A DNA stretch of 62,900 nt, filler included, from Hausera hauseri (Eukaryota), in NCBI GenBank assembly GCA_046269625.1. It is 12 parts of 12 records of this genome, joined end to end, with 100 filler letters (N's around TTAATTAATTAA, not from the genome) between each part and the next. Parts side by side here need not be neighbours in the genome. Positions count along the whole stretch, not along the records: positions 19,097 to 24,892 come from JBJURY010188193.1; positions 24,993 to 30,036 come from JBJURY010352820.1; positions 30,137 to 35,050 come from JBJURY010392923.1; positions 35,151 to 39,161 come from JBJURY010822196.1; 8 more parts are not named here. The stretch is one strand, 5' to 3'. Made by a program: the position numbers and the translations under genes. The notes under the pieces were generated by a model. It worked only from the letters and a program-made list of their open reading frames with translations, made no database searches and was not told where the DNA came from. Of this stretch, positions 24,146 to 37,232 are shown in pieces. Positions within the stretch are counted from its first letter, which is position 1. Each line of letters opens with the position of its first letter.

Positions 24146-24892
24146 GAGCTCTCGAGGTGTCCAGGGCCAGCCCCTTGGCCTGCTGGTTCAGCTCCATGCT
24201 CTACTGTTTTGGTGGGGGGGTGCTGTCGGGGATCATGCTGGCCGAGCCAGCGGTAGCACCTTTGTCCAATGGCACTAGTGTTCTGCTTGCTTCAATCATT
24301 TGGTAAATAATGAAAGCTGGGGGGGGAAAAAACATAAATGGAAAAACAGCACGTAAAAAGTGTCTGAATTAATGGTAGTGGTGGTAAAAGTTGAAGGAAG
24401 AGAGAAATGTGGAAGTTCCTTTCTTTGATTTTAAACCTTTGATGCCCTCTACAGGCTGCATATAAAACTACATCCTTTTCATAAAAAAAAAAACTACACA
24501 CTGCCCTCTGCTGGCAGCAGAAATTATTTGAAACCATTCCACATGCTGTTATTTTAACTAATGTTTCCTTGTGCAGGTACCTCGTCTTTTATTGCCCCAT
24601 GGACGTGGTGTACACCTGTGCTGCCCTGCTGCCCCTCAGGCTGGGGCTGTCAGGAATGAAGGAGGTCACCAGGACGTGGAAGGTCCTGGGAGGCGTCACG
24701 CAGGCTCAAAACAAATACAAAGACAGCCTGCTGGTTATGATCGCCATCGGGTGGGCGAGAGGTCAGTAACTGATTCACGACTGCGAAGCTCTCATGGGAG
24801 TACTTTCATGTCATTCTGAAGTATTTGATGTTTAGTTTGCAATGGCACTAAGTATTTAACGGCATGTTTCGTCTGGTCTTTCCAGGTGCTGG
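24146..24892 (+). CDS. tmem38b: Trimeric intracellular cation channel type B, internal exons (24146-24302, 24577-24761, 24886-24892)
   Basis: SPLACWFSSMLYCFGGGVLS...LLASIIW|YLVFYCP...GMKEVTRTWKVLGGV...MIAIGWAR|GAG with GT-AG junctions; vertebrate TRIC-B motifs. Confidence 0.92.
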
Positions 24893-24992
24893 NNNNNNNN
24901 NNNNNNNNNNNNNNNNNNNNNNNNNNNNNNNNNNNNTTAATTAATTAANNNNNNNNNNNNNNNNNNNNNNNNNNNNNNNNNNNNNNNNNNNN

Positions 24993-25246
24993 CGAAATGA
25001 TTTGAGTTTCCTTGATTGCGGACTGAATTGAAAGTTGTTCAACAGATGATAGTAATCGAGCATTACTGTGTGCTTGAATTTATGTCTTTGAATAGAAAAA
25101 GAAATTATACATTTCCCAAATTTATTTGATTTTTCTTCCTGTTCCGAATTCTTCAAAACACCCAAATTCCCGATAAGAGAAAACAAACCCCAACACACGG
25201 CACAACAGAACAAAAGCCAGGCCGCCGCAATGCCCGGGGCACCACA
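24993..25246 (-). repeat. 3' LTR (partial) of the C6 Gypsy
   Basis: Begins TGTGGTG after GCCACGAGGGGAGTGTGA, paralleling GCCACGGGGGTTGA-TGTAGTG in C9; the start could instead be the TGT at 25251. Confidence 0.65.
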
Positions 25247-28200
25247 TCACACTCCCCTCGTGGCTTAACTATAAATGCAAAGCATACAGGAAATGAAAGG
25301 CGCCAAAAAAGAAGTGTTTGTTGTAGTCAGTCTTAGTGCAGACAAGACGTTGAATACTTTCTAATGATTTTTCCCTACTGTACGTGCTTAATGTTACTCT
25401 GCGTGTTTTGTTTGTGTGCGTTGTGTTATTTTGCAGAGAGGTATGTAGCGGCAGAAGATTTATTACATTGTTGGGTTTAGTTATTGATGTTGCGTGCCGA
25501 AGAGAATAAATATTGTAAAGGAAAATAAGTCGAAGACGAAGTGGAGAAAGGTTAAGTAGGTTTGAAAGATTGAAGGTCTGAAGAAGATTGAGGAAAAGCA
25601 TGAAGTGAACTGTCATTGTAAATTTAAGAAGAATCAGAACATTGTGCGTTTGACGAAGGTTGAGAAGAAGTATCAGGACAGGATTGAAGACTTAGTAAAG
25701 GCTGAGAAGAAAAGTCAGAGAGAGATTTGTTGTGAAGCAGAATTGAATGCTTCGTAAAACACCAAGAAAGGAATTGATGTGAAGAGGAACCGAATAATCA
25801 GGGTTGTCATCGGTAAAGAATGCTGGTTTGATGTTAGTGATGTTCACTGAGCATTTTTTTCCGTTTTTGAGGAATATAGCAGTATGTGAGTTCAGACGAA
25901 TTAACTTGAAAGGCCCAACGTACTGAGGTTGGAACCCATGCGGCACTGGATTCTTCCGCCAGACAAATTTGGCTGTATATAGTGTCGGGATTGTATAACT
26001 TGTTATTTAGAATTCTGCAGAAAGAAACGCTATTCACCGCAACAAAGTGCTCCTGTGCAGCCCGAATTGTTTTGGCAGTGGGCGTTTCATCGCACTCCGC
26101 CAAGTCGAACAATGCACGCACTGGTGTACCAAAGAGTGCCTCGGACGGAGAGCAGCCAGTGGTTGTGGATGGGGTGTTCTGCCATCCCAGTAGAACGTAA
26201 AGAAGAAGGTTTACTCAGTGTTGATTGGAGTCGGCTAGAATTTTAAGGGAGGTTTTCATAGTACGATGAAAACGCTCCAGTAGCCCATTCGACTGAAGAT
26301 GATAAAGTGTTGTGTGAATATGCTTGATCCCCAGTCGATTTAGTAATGATTTGAAAAAAGTCGACTCAAATTTAGAGCCTTGATCAGTTATTTGAGTTGG
26401 TTGAGCGAAGTGGAACATCTTCTGGCCATCTAGAAGCTCCATCTATTAATGTAAGAAGGAACCGATGGCCGTTGTCAGGTGGAAGAGGTCCAACTATGTC
26501 GATGTGGACGGTGTTGAAACGTGATGTGCAAGGAAAATGATAGAGTGGCGGCTCGACGTGTTTGGCTACTTTAAACTTCTGGCATGCCACACACTCCCTA
26601 ACCCAGTCCTGCACATCTGTTTTCATTGATGGCCATATCACTTGAAGTTTAAGGCGATAAGTAGCTTTGGATCCTGGATAATGCAAAGAATGGATATTGG
26701 TAAAAGCGGTTTTTTGCAAAAAAGGTGATAGAATAATTTCAGTAAACCAAGGATTAGAAGTGTCCAAAGCTACGCCATCAATGATTTTGTAAGATTTGAA
26801 GGAGGAGAGAATAGACTCGTCTAGCAGGTTCCGTCTGAGTAACTCTATCAAAAATAGACGCAAATGTGATCGAGTCGACGGAACCAGACAAAAAATGAGA
26901 ACTAAATTGTCAACCCCTGAAATATGTTTTATATTTAGAACGCGAACGTTGAGAGATACGGAATCTGTCTCTCTTGACGTGGAGATGGAAATTTCATGAT
27001 GATAATATGAAGTGGGGGCTTGTGGTCCGTTTGAATGGCGAATGTGCGTGAAGTTAGATGTTTAAAATGCTTTAATTCTTGGACCATTGCAAAAAGTTCC
27101 CTGTCAAAAGTCGAGTAGCGCTGTTCGACTTTCGAGAATTTTCGTGAGAAAAATTCAAGAGGTTGATGAGAACCGTCCTTCAATTGATGCAGTACTGCGC
27201 CTGCTGCTGTTGTGGAGGCATCAGTTGTTATGAAAAATTTCGAATGTGGATCAGGGTATGCAAGTATTTCCACAGTTCTTAAGCTATCCTTGAGGTGTTA
27301 GAAGGAATTGACTAAGTCAGCAGTCCAGTGAATAAGCTATTTTTTCTTACCGGAGCTGAATGAGGCAAATGGTGCTGTGAGTGTTAAACCGTGAGGCACA
27401 TATTTGTGCACGAAGTGAAGCGTTTAGAGGAAAGAGCATACTTCTGTTGATGTGCGTGGTAGTTGCACATTTTTGAATTGCGTGATGCGATCTTGCTGAT
27501 GAGAATGGCCAAATTGGTCGATAACGTGTCCAAGAAAGTTGATTCTATGTTGGAAAAAACATCATTTAGCAAAGTTTACTTCAAGGTTGTTCTGGCGCAA
27601 GCATTGGAAAATTATGCGCAAATGTTCCGCATCGTGTTTGGGGATGACGATGCGATAAGAATGTCGTCTATATATGGGAAAGCAAAGTCTAGTCCAGAAA
27701 AAACTGTATTAATGTGTCTTTGGAATGTCTGTGAGGTACACATGATGCCCAAAAGGCATATAGACATACTCGAAAAGACCAGATGGTGTTATTACAGCCG
27801 TTTTCGGTATGTCAGCTGGAGCGACAGGAATTTGGTGATATGTCTTATGGAGATCGATAGACGAAAAAATTATTTTACCATGCAGTCTGTGAGGATGTCG
27901 TTGATCTGAGACAGTGGATATGCGTCCATGATTGTAATGGTGTTTAGTTGGCGATAGTCATCACAAAGTCTGAAGGTGCCATCCTTCTTGGGCACGACGT
28001 GTAATGGTGATGCCCATGGTTTTTTGGAACGTTTGATGATGCCAGCGTTCTCTAAAGTCTGAAATTCTTCTTTTCAACGGCTTTTCTGCGACGTAGTGAA
28101 AGAGGCCGCAATTTTTGCCGAATTGAACGTTGATGAGAAGTAACAGTGTAGTGAAATGCGTTGGGGGGAGGCTTAAAGAATGGGTCTTTTTTTAGAAGTC

Positions 28201-30036
28201 TTAGGCATTTAGTAGTGACAAATGCTTGACGATCGGATGAGAGTTGGGTGAAGGATGATAATGACGTGGACATTTGATCATTTGGTAAGGTGGTTTTTCG
28301 AGATGATGTTTCCTGAAAAGGAAGATTCATTACTCACAACACTCGAAATATAGACATTCGAGGTATCATAATGTACAGGATTATTTACAAAATTTTTATA
28401 TTTTTAAAATTGATTTGATATTCGGTTTTATATTTGACTCGCACGTTGGTGAATTTGAATGTAAAACCGATGAAACTGAGAAAATTTTTGAGGATGAACT
28501 TCCCATCAAACGACGCTGTCTACAATCGACTAGTAAATTGTAATGTGAAAGAAAGTCTGATACAAGGATTGGACTTTGACATTGGCTATTATGAATTTCC
28601 AAGAAAAATGTTTAGAAAAATCTGATAAAGGAAAAGAAAGATGTGCTGTGCCAATGGGGTGCAACGGTTCACCACTGGCTGTAAATAAGGATTTACTGAT
28701 TGAATATTTTTGCAATTCATAAGAAAGAGGAAGAAGTGAGACTGCAGCTCCAGTATCAATGAGGAAAGAGATGGAAGAATTTTGAGACATAATGGTAGCT
28801 TGCAATGTGAAGACAGCAAAGAATGCATTACGGCTGTTTAATGAAGCGTTTGAGCTTTGACCAGAAGTTGCTGTGACTTCTGGTGGTGTGGTTAGTTTTT
28901 TGAAGGCGTTGTTGAGTTTGCCTGTGCCGAAGAATTGTAAAATTTACAGCCATGTATGTACTTGCGAGCATTGTCGCGAAATTTATTGTGATAAATGCAG
29001 ACAGCGTCATTTGATATCAAGCTTTGATTGTAAAATCTGCCTCCTATACTACAATTATTTGCGTTCTGCTTAAATTTGGAGTGAAAAAAACAGGTCGGAC
29101 CGCTCACAGGAGAACAGTTGCACGAAGGACGATTCGATCTTGAGGGGAGCTGTTGATTCCCAGAAAAAGATCTGCGTGGCACTGTAATTTGATTGAGCTT
29201 ATCTGTGATGGCTGTGATTGCTTCTCGTAGTGCTACACTCTCTGTGTGCAATGATTGAAGCTGATTATCAATGTTTGATATTGTGTTTTGATTGTATATT
29301 GTTCGTGTTGTCAGTGCTGCTGCAATTGTGGGTTGAGTTTGACTATGTAGTATATGCAAGCTTTTGTCAGCCAACTGCGCCAATTTTTCCAGTGATGTAC
29401 TGCCTTCAACGACAGTTAGAGAACTCGAATTTCCTTGGGCAAGGATTGCAGAAAGTAGCGTCTTAAGAGATTGGAATTGGTTGATTGTGTTACGCCTAGC
29501 GTACTCATTTCCGATAGAGATGTTCGAAGAAAGTCGGAAGGTTTGGTATTGGCCAAGGTGTTGTAATTGAAGTATTTTTGGACTTGGTAAAATGGACGAT
29601 TGGAATTGTATGTGTCTTTTTGGTTTCGGAAGTGTAGGAATTGATATCAGATCCACCAAGAAGTCTGGTTGTGATGCGAATAATGGAGGAAACATATGGG
29701 AAAGGCATGGAAAAATGTGAATCGTCTGTTGGATAAAGAAGAAAACTGTTGAGATGGAGGTAGAAGTTTTTAAAACATAGATTTTTTGTGACGAATGAAT
29801 GGAAGTGTTGTGGTGTTGTGTATGTGTGGTGTCCACATTCACCCAATAAGCGATTTGCTTTCGAAACACTTTAAAACTTTTTGTTTGAATTTTTAAAAAT
29901 ACATTTGATGGAATTTTGAAAATGTTAGTTTTATTTTTCGGATTATATTTATTGCCGGGGAAACATGGCGAAAAATAGTGCTTTTTACAAATTACCAGTT
30001 CAGATTTTATTACAAGATCAAAGTATAACATATTCC
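24993..30036 (-). mobile_element. Ty3/Gypsy LTR retrotransposon (CsRn1-like), decayed
   Basis: gag with CxxHxxFxxxAxxC motifs (28892-29600), protease FLIDTGAAVS (28530-28805), RT (about 27300-28100, YIDDILI), RNase H TTDAS...DREL...TDHKP (26935-27273), integrase (25692-26863), PPT GAGGGGAG 25252-25259. Confidence 0.95.
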
Positions 30037-31038
30037 NNNNNNNNNNNNNNNNNNNNNNNNNNNNNNNNNNNNNNNNNNNNTTAATTAATTAANNNNNNNN
30101 NNNNNNNNNNNNNNNNNNNNNNNNNNNNNNNNNNNNAGGTTCACCCATCCTGAAATGGGTACCAGGATAAAAACCTGGGAAATAAATGCAGCGAGAAAGG
30201 TGGTGGTGTCCTTACTCACAAAGCCGAAGCCTAGAAAAATGAAGGCACTAGCACTTCATTTCCCTACGGCATTGTTAATGCTACAGGACTAAGTTTTTGT
30301 TTTTACTTTATGCCACACCTTAACGCTCAAAGACATTGAATTTGCCCCCCACCCCACGAGCATAACAGCCAAAGTTCTGAAAACGTGTACTATAAATAGC
30401 CACTCCAAATGACACTGGACAAAGTCCGATATGACCCAGGCTTCGTTAGAGAAATTGCACGGTTATGAACACGAAAAAAGGGATCAGAATTGTTATATTA
30501 AAGAAGAACGGCAGTGTCACGTGAGTAGTGATATACGCGGTTACGACGCGAATTCTGGGGGAGGGAGAAGGGGGAGGTAGGGGAGATATATACCCTGAAG
30601 AAGAAAATACTCCCTCCCCCTTCAAGGGGGAGGACGTTGAGGTAAGGGAGAGATTACTCTTTTGGTCATGTTTTAAGGGGCAGACAACTCTTCCATATTT
30701 GTTTTGGAGGCGCTCTGGACACCGCCTATTTTTTAAGATTAGTTGACTCAGCGTTGTTTTTTTTATGGTATAATTAGGGTGAATACCTGGTCGTTGTTTA
30801 GAGAGTTGAGGCAGCGCCGGCTGGGCCCGCCCGTTTGCCGGATCCTTTGCCCAGTCATCCTCTGGGCGCCGCGTCGGCCACCGGGTCGCTTCCCGGTCCT
30901 CATTCTCTCAGGTGCCAGGTCACTTCCATGGTCATCATCCTCCCGAGCGCCGAGTCACTCGTGACTTGTGTCAGACGACTAATGGGTTTCCCTTTAAATA
31001 TTAGGTGGGAATATTGTGACCTTACAACATTAATGAGA

Positions 31039-31602
31039 ATGGATCCGAGGTGGAAGTGGCAAAACCATTTTCGTGCGCGAGTTTTTTCGCATCTTCCAAT
31101 CATGGTCGTCCCCGTCCCCGAGGAGATTATATGGTGTTACGGTGAGTGGCAAACAATGTACCAAACCATGACGACCGTGCAATTTATCGAAGGGCTTCCA
31201 GACGTGGAATAGTGGCGCGGGGACAAGAGGTGATTGGTGATTATCGATGATCTAATGTCGGAGATGGACGACCAAATAACCAAACTTTCTACAAAGGCGA
31301 GTCACCACCGGAATCTCATCGTCATGTACATTGTCCAAAACCTGTTTTGAAAAAATAAGGAACACCGCACCATAAGCTTAAATTCCCATTACCTCGTCCT
31401 TTTCAAAAACTCCAGGGACGCATCGCAGATTATCATCTTGGGCAAACAGATATACCTGGGTCACGGTTCATATCTGCAAGAAAGTTTTAAGGACGCTCAT
31501 AGTTATTTGTTGCTCGATCTTCGTCAAGAAACACTGGAACACTTGCGATTGTGCAGTTGTATTTTTCCCCATGAGAACTAAGTCGTGTACGTCCCGAAAT
31601 GA
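31039..31602 (+). pseudogene. Polinton A32-like packaging ATPase
   Basis: MDPRWK then residual GSGKT (deletion/frameshift), IIWCYGEWQ, IIDDLM, KASHHRNL, QNLF, RTISLNSHYLVLFKN.RD; several stops. Confidence 0.92.
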
Positions 31603-31891
31603 ACGCTACATTTACCCGACATGGTGAAATGTTGTAAAGGCCGTAATGAAGTCAGCGACCAAGAAGCTCATGCAAGCTCTTTGCGAGTGTTGCTACAACG
31701 TGTTAAAAGGTAACGCTCCGCTCAATCGAGAACAGAAGAGTCGTTTGCGTCGTTACAAAACGGGTCTGTGCGCTCTGACCAAAAAGAAGCTTTCGGTCAA
31801 AAGACGGAAAGAGATTCTCCAACAAGGAGGTTTATTAGGCGCTTTATTGGATCCTATACTGAACGTGCTGAAAGGCGTGTTGGGCGTTTAA
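31599..31891 (+). CDS. Conserved small Polinton protein (LCECxxNxLxG...QxGG motif), 5' part frameshifted
   Basis: ALCECCYNVLKGN.PL...LRRYK...KRRKEILQQGGLLGALL.P; homologous end in C4 (18875-18996, QQDGGYIGAILP). Confidence 0.75.
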
Positions 31892-31893
31892 TT

Positions 31894-32451
31894 ATGGCCA
31901 GGAAAATGATTTTGATGGACCTGCGTTTGTTGGAGACTATGAACCAAAGGCAATACGTTCCGCCCGACGCTGTGAGCGACAATTTTCGAGACTTGGATTA
32001 TGAAATACAACGAATACTGGAAAGGGACGATTTATCACCGCGCGACAAAGCCCGATTGTATCAACAAACATTGCAGTATTATCTGAATAGACTAGAACAA
32101 CCTGACAGAAATCTCTAGGGTTGATTGACATAAAAGAACCGACGCCGCCTCTTCTCCCGACTATCGAGGACATATCGCCGACCGTACTTAAAGACAAAGT
32201 CTCGGATATAATACCGCAAACCCCGTCGACGACGACGACAGACGGCCGTTACCAAAACCCCTCAAGTGTCAGCCCCTCAAGTGTCAACGCCCGGTACCAA
32301 AAGACCTCTATCGCCGATGCTAGTTGCCAAAATTTCGCAAACACCGCCCTCGTCTACTAAAAAGAGATGGAGAATACTCGTGTTTCGTAACCTGAGAAAA
32401 CGCCATAAAGAAACAAACATGCCCGACTGGGAAACATGGCCCGCCGAATGA
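31894..32451 (+). pseudogene. Conserved Polinton protein preceding integrase
   Basis: ARKMILM...LDYEIQRIL...LSPRDKARLYQQTLQYYL, Pro/Thr-rich linker, C-terminal WETW; internal stop and frameshift. Confidence 0.65.
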
Positions 32452-33500
32452 ACGAACTTTTACTTAAGTATTACTTCGACCCGAAGTGAGCGGGTGCATA
32501 CGGAGGGGCAGCCGTCTTACATCACGCTACCAAAATCGAGGCTGAGAAAATTAAGGAATGGTTAAGTCACCAAGATGCTTATATGCTTCATAAACCCGTT
32601 CGTCGCAAATTTAATAGGCGACCCATCGTAACGGGCAGCATCGGTCACCAGTTTCAGGCCAATCTGATAGACATGCACACGTTAATAACATTCAACAACA
32701 GGATGTTGTACCTAGTGACGTGTATAAACGTGTTTAGCAAATATGCTTGGGCAATTCCGATAAAGAAGAAAACCAGCAAGGAGCAAGTGGAGGCTGTTAG
32801 CAAAATTTTTGCAGAACGTAAACCTATGGTGCTACAGACTAACAAAGGCAGCGAGTTTCTCAACAAAACATTCCTCAAGTTTCTCAAAGAACGAGGCGTG
32901 CGCTTCTTCACTACGGAAAATGAAGACGTTGAGGCTGCCACCACGGAGCACTTAAACCAAACTTTAAAAGAAAAAATGTGACAATATTTTACCAAAACAA
33001 ACGGTCTTCATTACGTAGACACGATCGAAGATTTCCTTCTAAATTACAACCTGTCTTATCACAGAAATATTCGCATGGCCCCAGCGCAGGTTAGTATTGA
33101 CAATCAAGAACAAGTGTGGAACAATTTGTATTCATCGCTCGACGCACTCGGCAGAAAAGCATTTATGGAATAGACCACGTCAGAGTCGGACAAATCAGAC
33201 AACATTTTTAGAAAGGCTACACTCCAGCATGGATGGAATAATCGTTTACCGTGTCTAGTATAAACGCGACAATTCCGATAACTTATGTGCTCAAAGACGA
33301 CACCAGCAAGGAACTGCTAGGCTCGTTTCACAAAGAAGAGCTCCAAAAAGGTTGGAGACAAACAAGCTTACAGAATAGAAAGCATTATACGAGAAAGGCA
33401 AACAGCGGGTGGTAAAGAATATTTAGTGAAATGGTTCGATTATAATTCGTCATTCAACAGTTGGATTTCGAGCAAACATATTTCGAGTTATAAAGACTAT
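32448..33500 (+). pseudogene. Polinton integrase with chromodomain
   Basis: YYFDP...GAYGG; LHKPVRRKFNRR; FQANLIDM; INVFSKYAWAIP; LQTNKGSEF; EYLVKWFDYNSSFNSWI. Confidence 0.93.
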
Positions 33501-33501
33501 T

Positions 33502-33759
33502 ATGTCGGAAGAAAAAACCACCGTGGAAACGACAGTTTTTAATGAAGAACCATGAGAGAGATCCGTATCGCTATGGTTTGGTAAGCTGCTTCCTCGAGTC
33601 GAGGTCATCTTCATCTCTCAGATGTTGGTTATATACGTCGTCATTGGCGTGTCGCTGTTCAATCTAACCAGAGGAAGCGGTGACGCACACGAGGGAAAAT
33701 TGTGGATCGTCCTGCTGTCGAGTTGTCTGGGGTACATGTTGCCTAACCCAAAACAATGA
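33502..33759 (+). pseudogene. Small two-TM Polinton protein
   Basis: EVIFISQMLVIYVVIGVSLFNLT...LWIVLLSSCLGYMLPNP; one internal stop; ATGA overlap with the penton. Confidence 0.65.
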
Positions 33760-34519
33760 GTTTTGACGTGATGCTGCCGAGCAACTCCTCCATGAAAACG
33801 CTTCTGGATAACGAAGCCGGCCACTTTTACGTGAAACCGCCGCAAACCATAGACTTAACTACCAATTACAAAGTGGTTTTGGTGGAAATTGAATTCCCGA
33901 GTAGTTATTTTAACATCTTAAAAGACGACGTGTGGATACGTTTCCTTCCACACAAGAACAACATCATGCCGGTGTTTAAAATCATGCTTACCCTGGGTCT
34001 CTATGATACCCACGAGAGTATCTGACGAGTTAAACAGACTTTTCTCGCTACCCGTGAGAGACAAAGATCCGGCGCCATTAAAGATTCATTATCGTAAAGA
34101 CTAGAAAACTATTTTACTCGAACGGCTCGAGTCGTGTGCAGACATCATTATTAGCGAAAAATTGAAAAATATACTCGGACTTTCACAAACCCATATAAGA
34201 CCCGCTTCAACTAGGAAAGGTGCACGAAAATTTGGACACCTATATACGCAATGTGTACGTGTACTGCGATATAGTGGTGGCCAGACGCGTAAGAGATGTT
34301 ATTGTACCTTTGTTACGAACTGTCCCTATTTTGGACACAAAATCGACAGTCGTATTTTGGATTTCTGACAAACCTCACTACTTACCTTTGAATAGGTTTT
34401 CCTTCGATACGGTAGAAATACTTTTAACAGACGAGCAAGGAAACTGTATTTCATTTATGAGCAGCACATCAGTGGTGATATTACATTTTCGACCCAAGAG
34501 ACATTTCGATTTCCAATAA
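33756..34519 (+). pseudogene. Polinton penton, copy 1 (frameshifted)
   Basis: MSFDVMLPSNSS...YKVVLVEIEFP; VYVYCDIV...VPLLRTVP...PHYLPL...VEILLTDEQG...LHFRP. Confidence 0.88.
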
Positions 34520-34548
34520 AAATGGTGAGATGATCAAGTTTATGAACA

Positions 34549-35050
34549 ATGAGTTTCTTCGTCACGCTACCTAGCAACGCCTCACTGAAAACGTTTCCCG
34601 ACAATACCCCAGGTCAGTTTTACATAAAACTGCCACGAACCATAGACCTAAATTCCAATGACGAAGTGGGGTTGGTGGAAATTGAATTTCCAACCAGTTA
34701 TTTCAACGTTCTAGAAAACGAAGTTTCTGGCTTCATTACGAAAGCCCCTTAGATGTAACAAAACGACCCATGCAAATCAAGTTACCTCCGGGGCTGTACA
34801 ATTCACCAGGTGATTTTGTAGACGAATTGAATCGTTTGATCGCCGTAGCAGTGAAGGATGTTGAACCCCCGTCAATTCGAGTCCACTATCACCGAGTCAA
34901 GAAAACTATCCTGTTGGAATGGCACGAGAAGGAGGCTGCAGTTTTTATTAGCGACAAATTAAGAAGCATAGCTGGGTTCAGAACCCAACACATTGCAGAC
35001 TACAAGTGAATCACCACTGAATCTCGACAGGGACATACGAAACGTGTACG
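34549..35050 (+). pseudogene. Polinton penton, copy 2, 3'-partial
   Basis: MSFFVTLPSNAS..FPDNT...LP..IDL...EVGLVEIEFP...LPPGLYNS; close paralog of copy 1. Confidence 0.88.
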
Positions 35051-35150
35051 NNNNNNNNNNNNNNNNNNNNNNNNNNNNNNNNNNNNNNNNNNNNTTAATT
35101 AATTAANNNNNNNNNNNNNNNNNNNNNNNNNNNNNNNNNNNNNNNNNNNN

Positions 35151-35860
35151 ATACTGCTAATTGCTGCTTGTAGTGCTGTATTTTCGGCACATAACTGATT
35201 TAGTTGTTGCTCTATTGATGTGTTATTATTTTGGATACCGTTAGTGGCAACTGCCGCCAAAACGACTGGTGGGAAATTTAAGTGTAGAACATTGTTTGTT
35301 TTATCGGCTAATTCGGCCAATTTTTCAAGAGCCGTGGAGTCCTCCACCACGGTAAGTAGAGCCTAAATTTGGATGGGTAAGGCGTTGAGAAAGGAGTGAA
35401 GCAGTAGTTCGGCATTGTGTTCTTTAGTGACGGCGAGAGTATGCAAATGTGCCAAAGACGTACGTAAAAATTCTGTTAGTCATTGTTTCCCTATAGCATT
35501 GTCGTGGAAGAAGCGTTGTATGATCGTGTCGATTGAGGGTTCTGTGATCTTGAGTACAGCGTCGGAAAGTTGTGAATATAGATCAGGAAGGTCAAATATT
35601 TCAAGGATGTTGTGAATTCGCGTATTTATATTGTTAGGGAGTAAGAAGTGGAGATTGTTGGCCTGGGTTAAGGAATAGGTGATATTGTTTGTCTGTAGCC
35701 ACAGTTGATGGAATTGCAACTAAGTTTTGCTGGAGCCTTGGTTGTCGATGAAGAATTCGGTGCAACTAGGGAAAGGAGCGGAAGAGGTAGTAGGTGAATG
35801 GTTACTAGAGAGAGTAGGGGTGGGTTTTTGAAGAAGTATTATAGATTTTGGTTTCATAGT
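35151..35860 (-). pseudogene. Gypsy gag N-terminal part (same family as C6/C9)
   Basis: VEDSTALEKLAELADK and ITEPSIDTIIQRFF match C6 (TSLEKLAQLADK) and C9 (ITDPSIDSTIQKYF). Confidence 0.85.
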
Positions 35861-36259
35861 AGTTTTATCCGTGGTGTCTATGGTGGGCGATTAATTCATG
35901 CCACCACGGATGCGAAAGTGTATGTAAATGTGGATATAAGTTGAAGAAGGTTGCAGAGTCCCAACGAGAGGCACCGTGGAGCCGTGGTGTGTGAGGTAAA
36001 AGTCAGGTGAGCGAAGAAAAGTGGAGATGACGTTGTAGATAGCCGCAGTGTTTAAGTGTGGTAATGCAAGTGTATAAATATGTTTACTGTTTAAAAAAAG
36101 AAGAGGGGATATGGAGGTCGTGTAGCCGAGGGCGTGTCGTGAGGCGTCAACAAACGGTGCCGCCTGACACAATGGTATAGGGTGGGCGGCCAAGTCTTCA
36201 GCCTCGCCGCAGCGGATCGCAAACTTCGGGGTAGCCGAGTTTCCCGCATGAAATGTTTC

Positions 36260-37136
<877 letters not shown>

Positions 37137-37232
37137 ATTAGAACCGTTTCTCAAATTAGACTGGGGCTTCCTTGGTTGTTGTTTGCATGGAGCAAATAAA
37201 TCCTTGCCTCTGAGCAGCGTTTGTTTGTTAGC

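Larger units (their letters stand above)
30524..35050 (+). mobile_element. Second Polinton/Maverick lineage, decayed, probable left end
   Basis: AGTAGT terminus-like motif at 30524 followed by G-rich sequence, then ATPase, two small proteins, integrase, TM protein and two pentons. Confidence 0.9.

Noticed and set aside
31039-33500. Alternative genetic code to explain in-frame stops
   Set aside because: All three stop codons occur along with frameshifts and deletions; pseudogenisation explains them.
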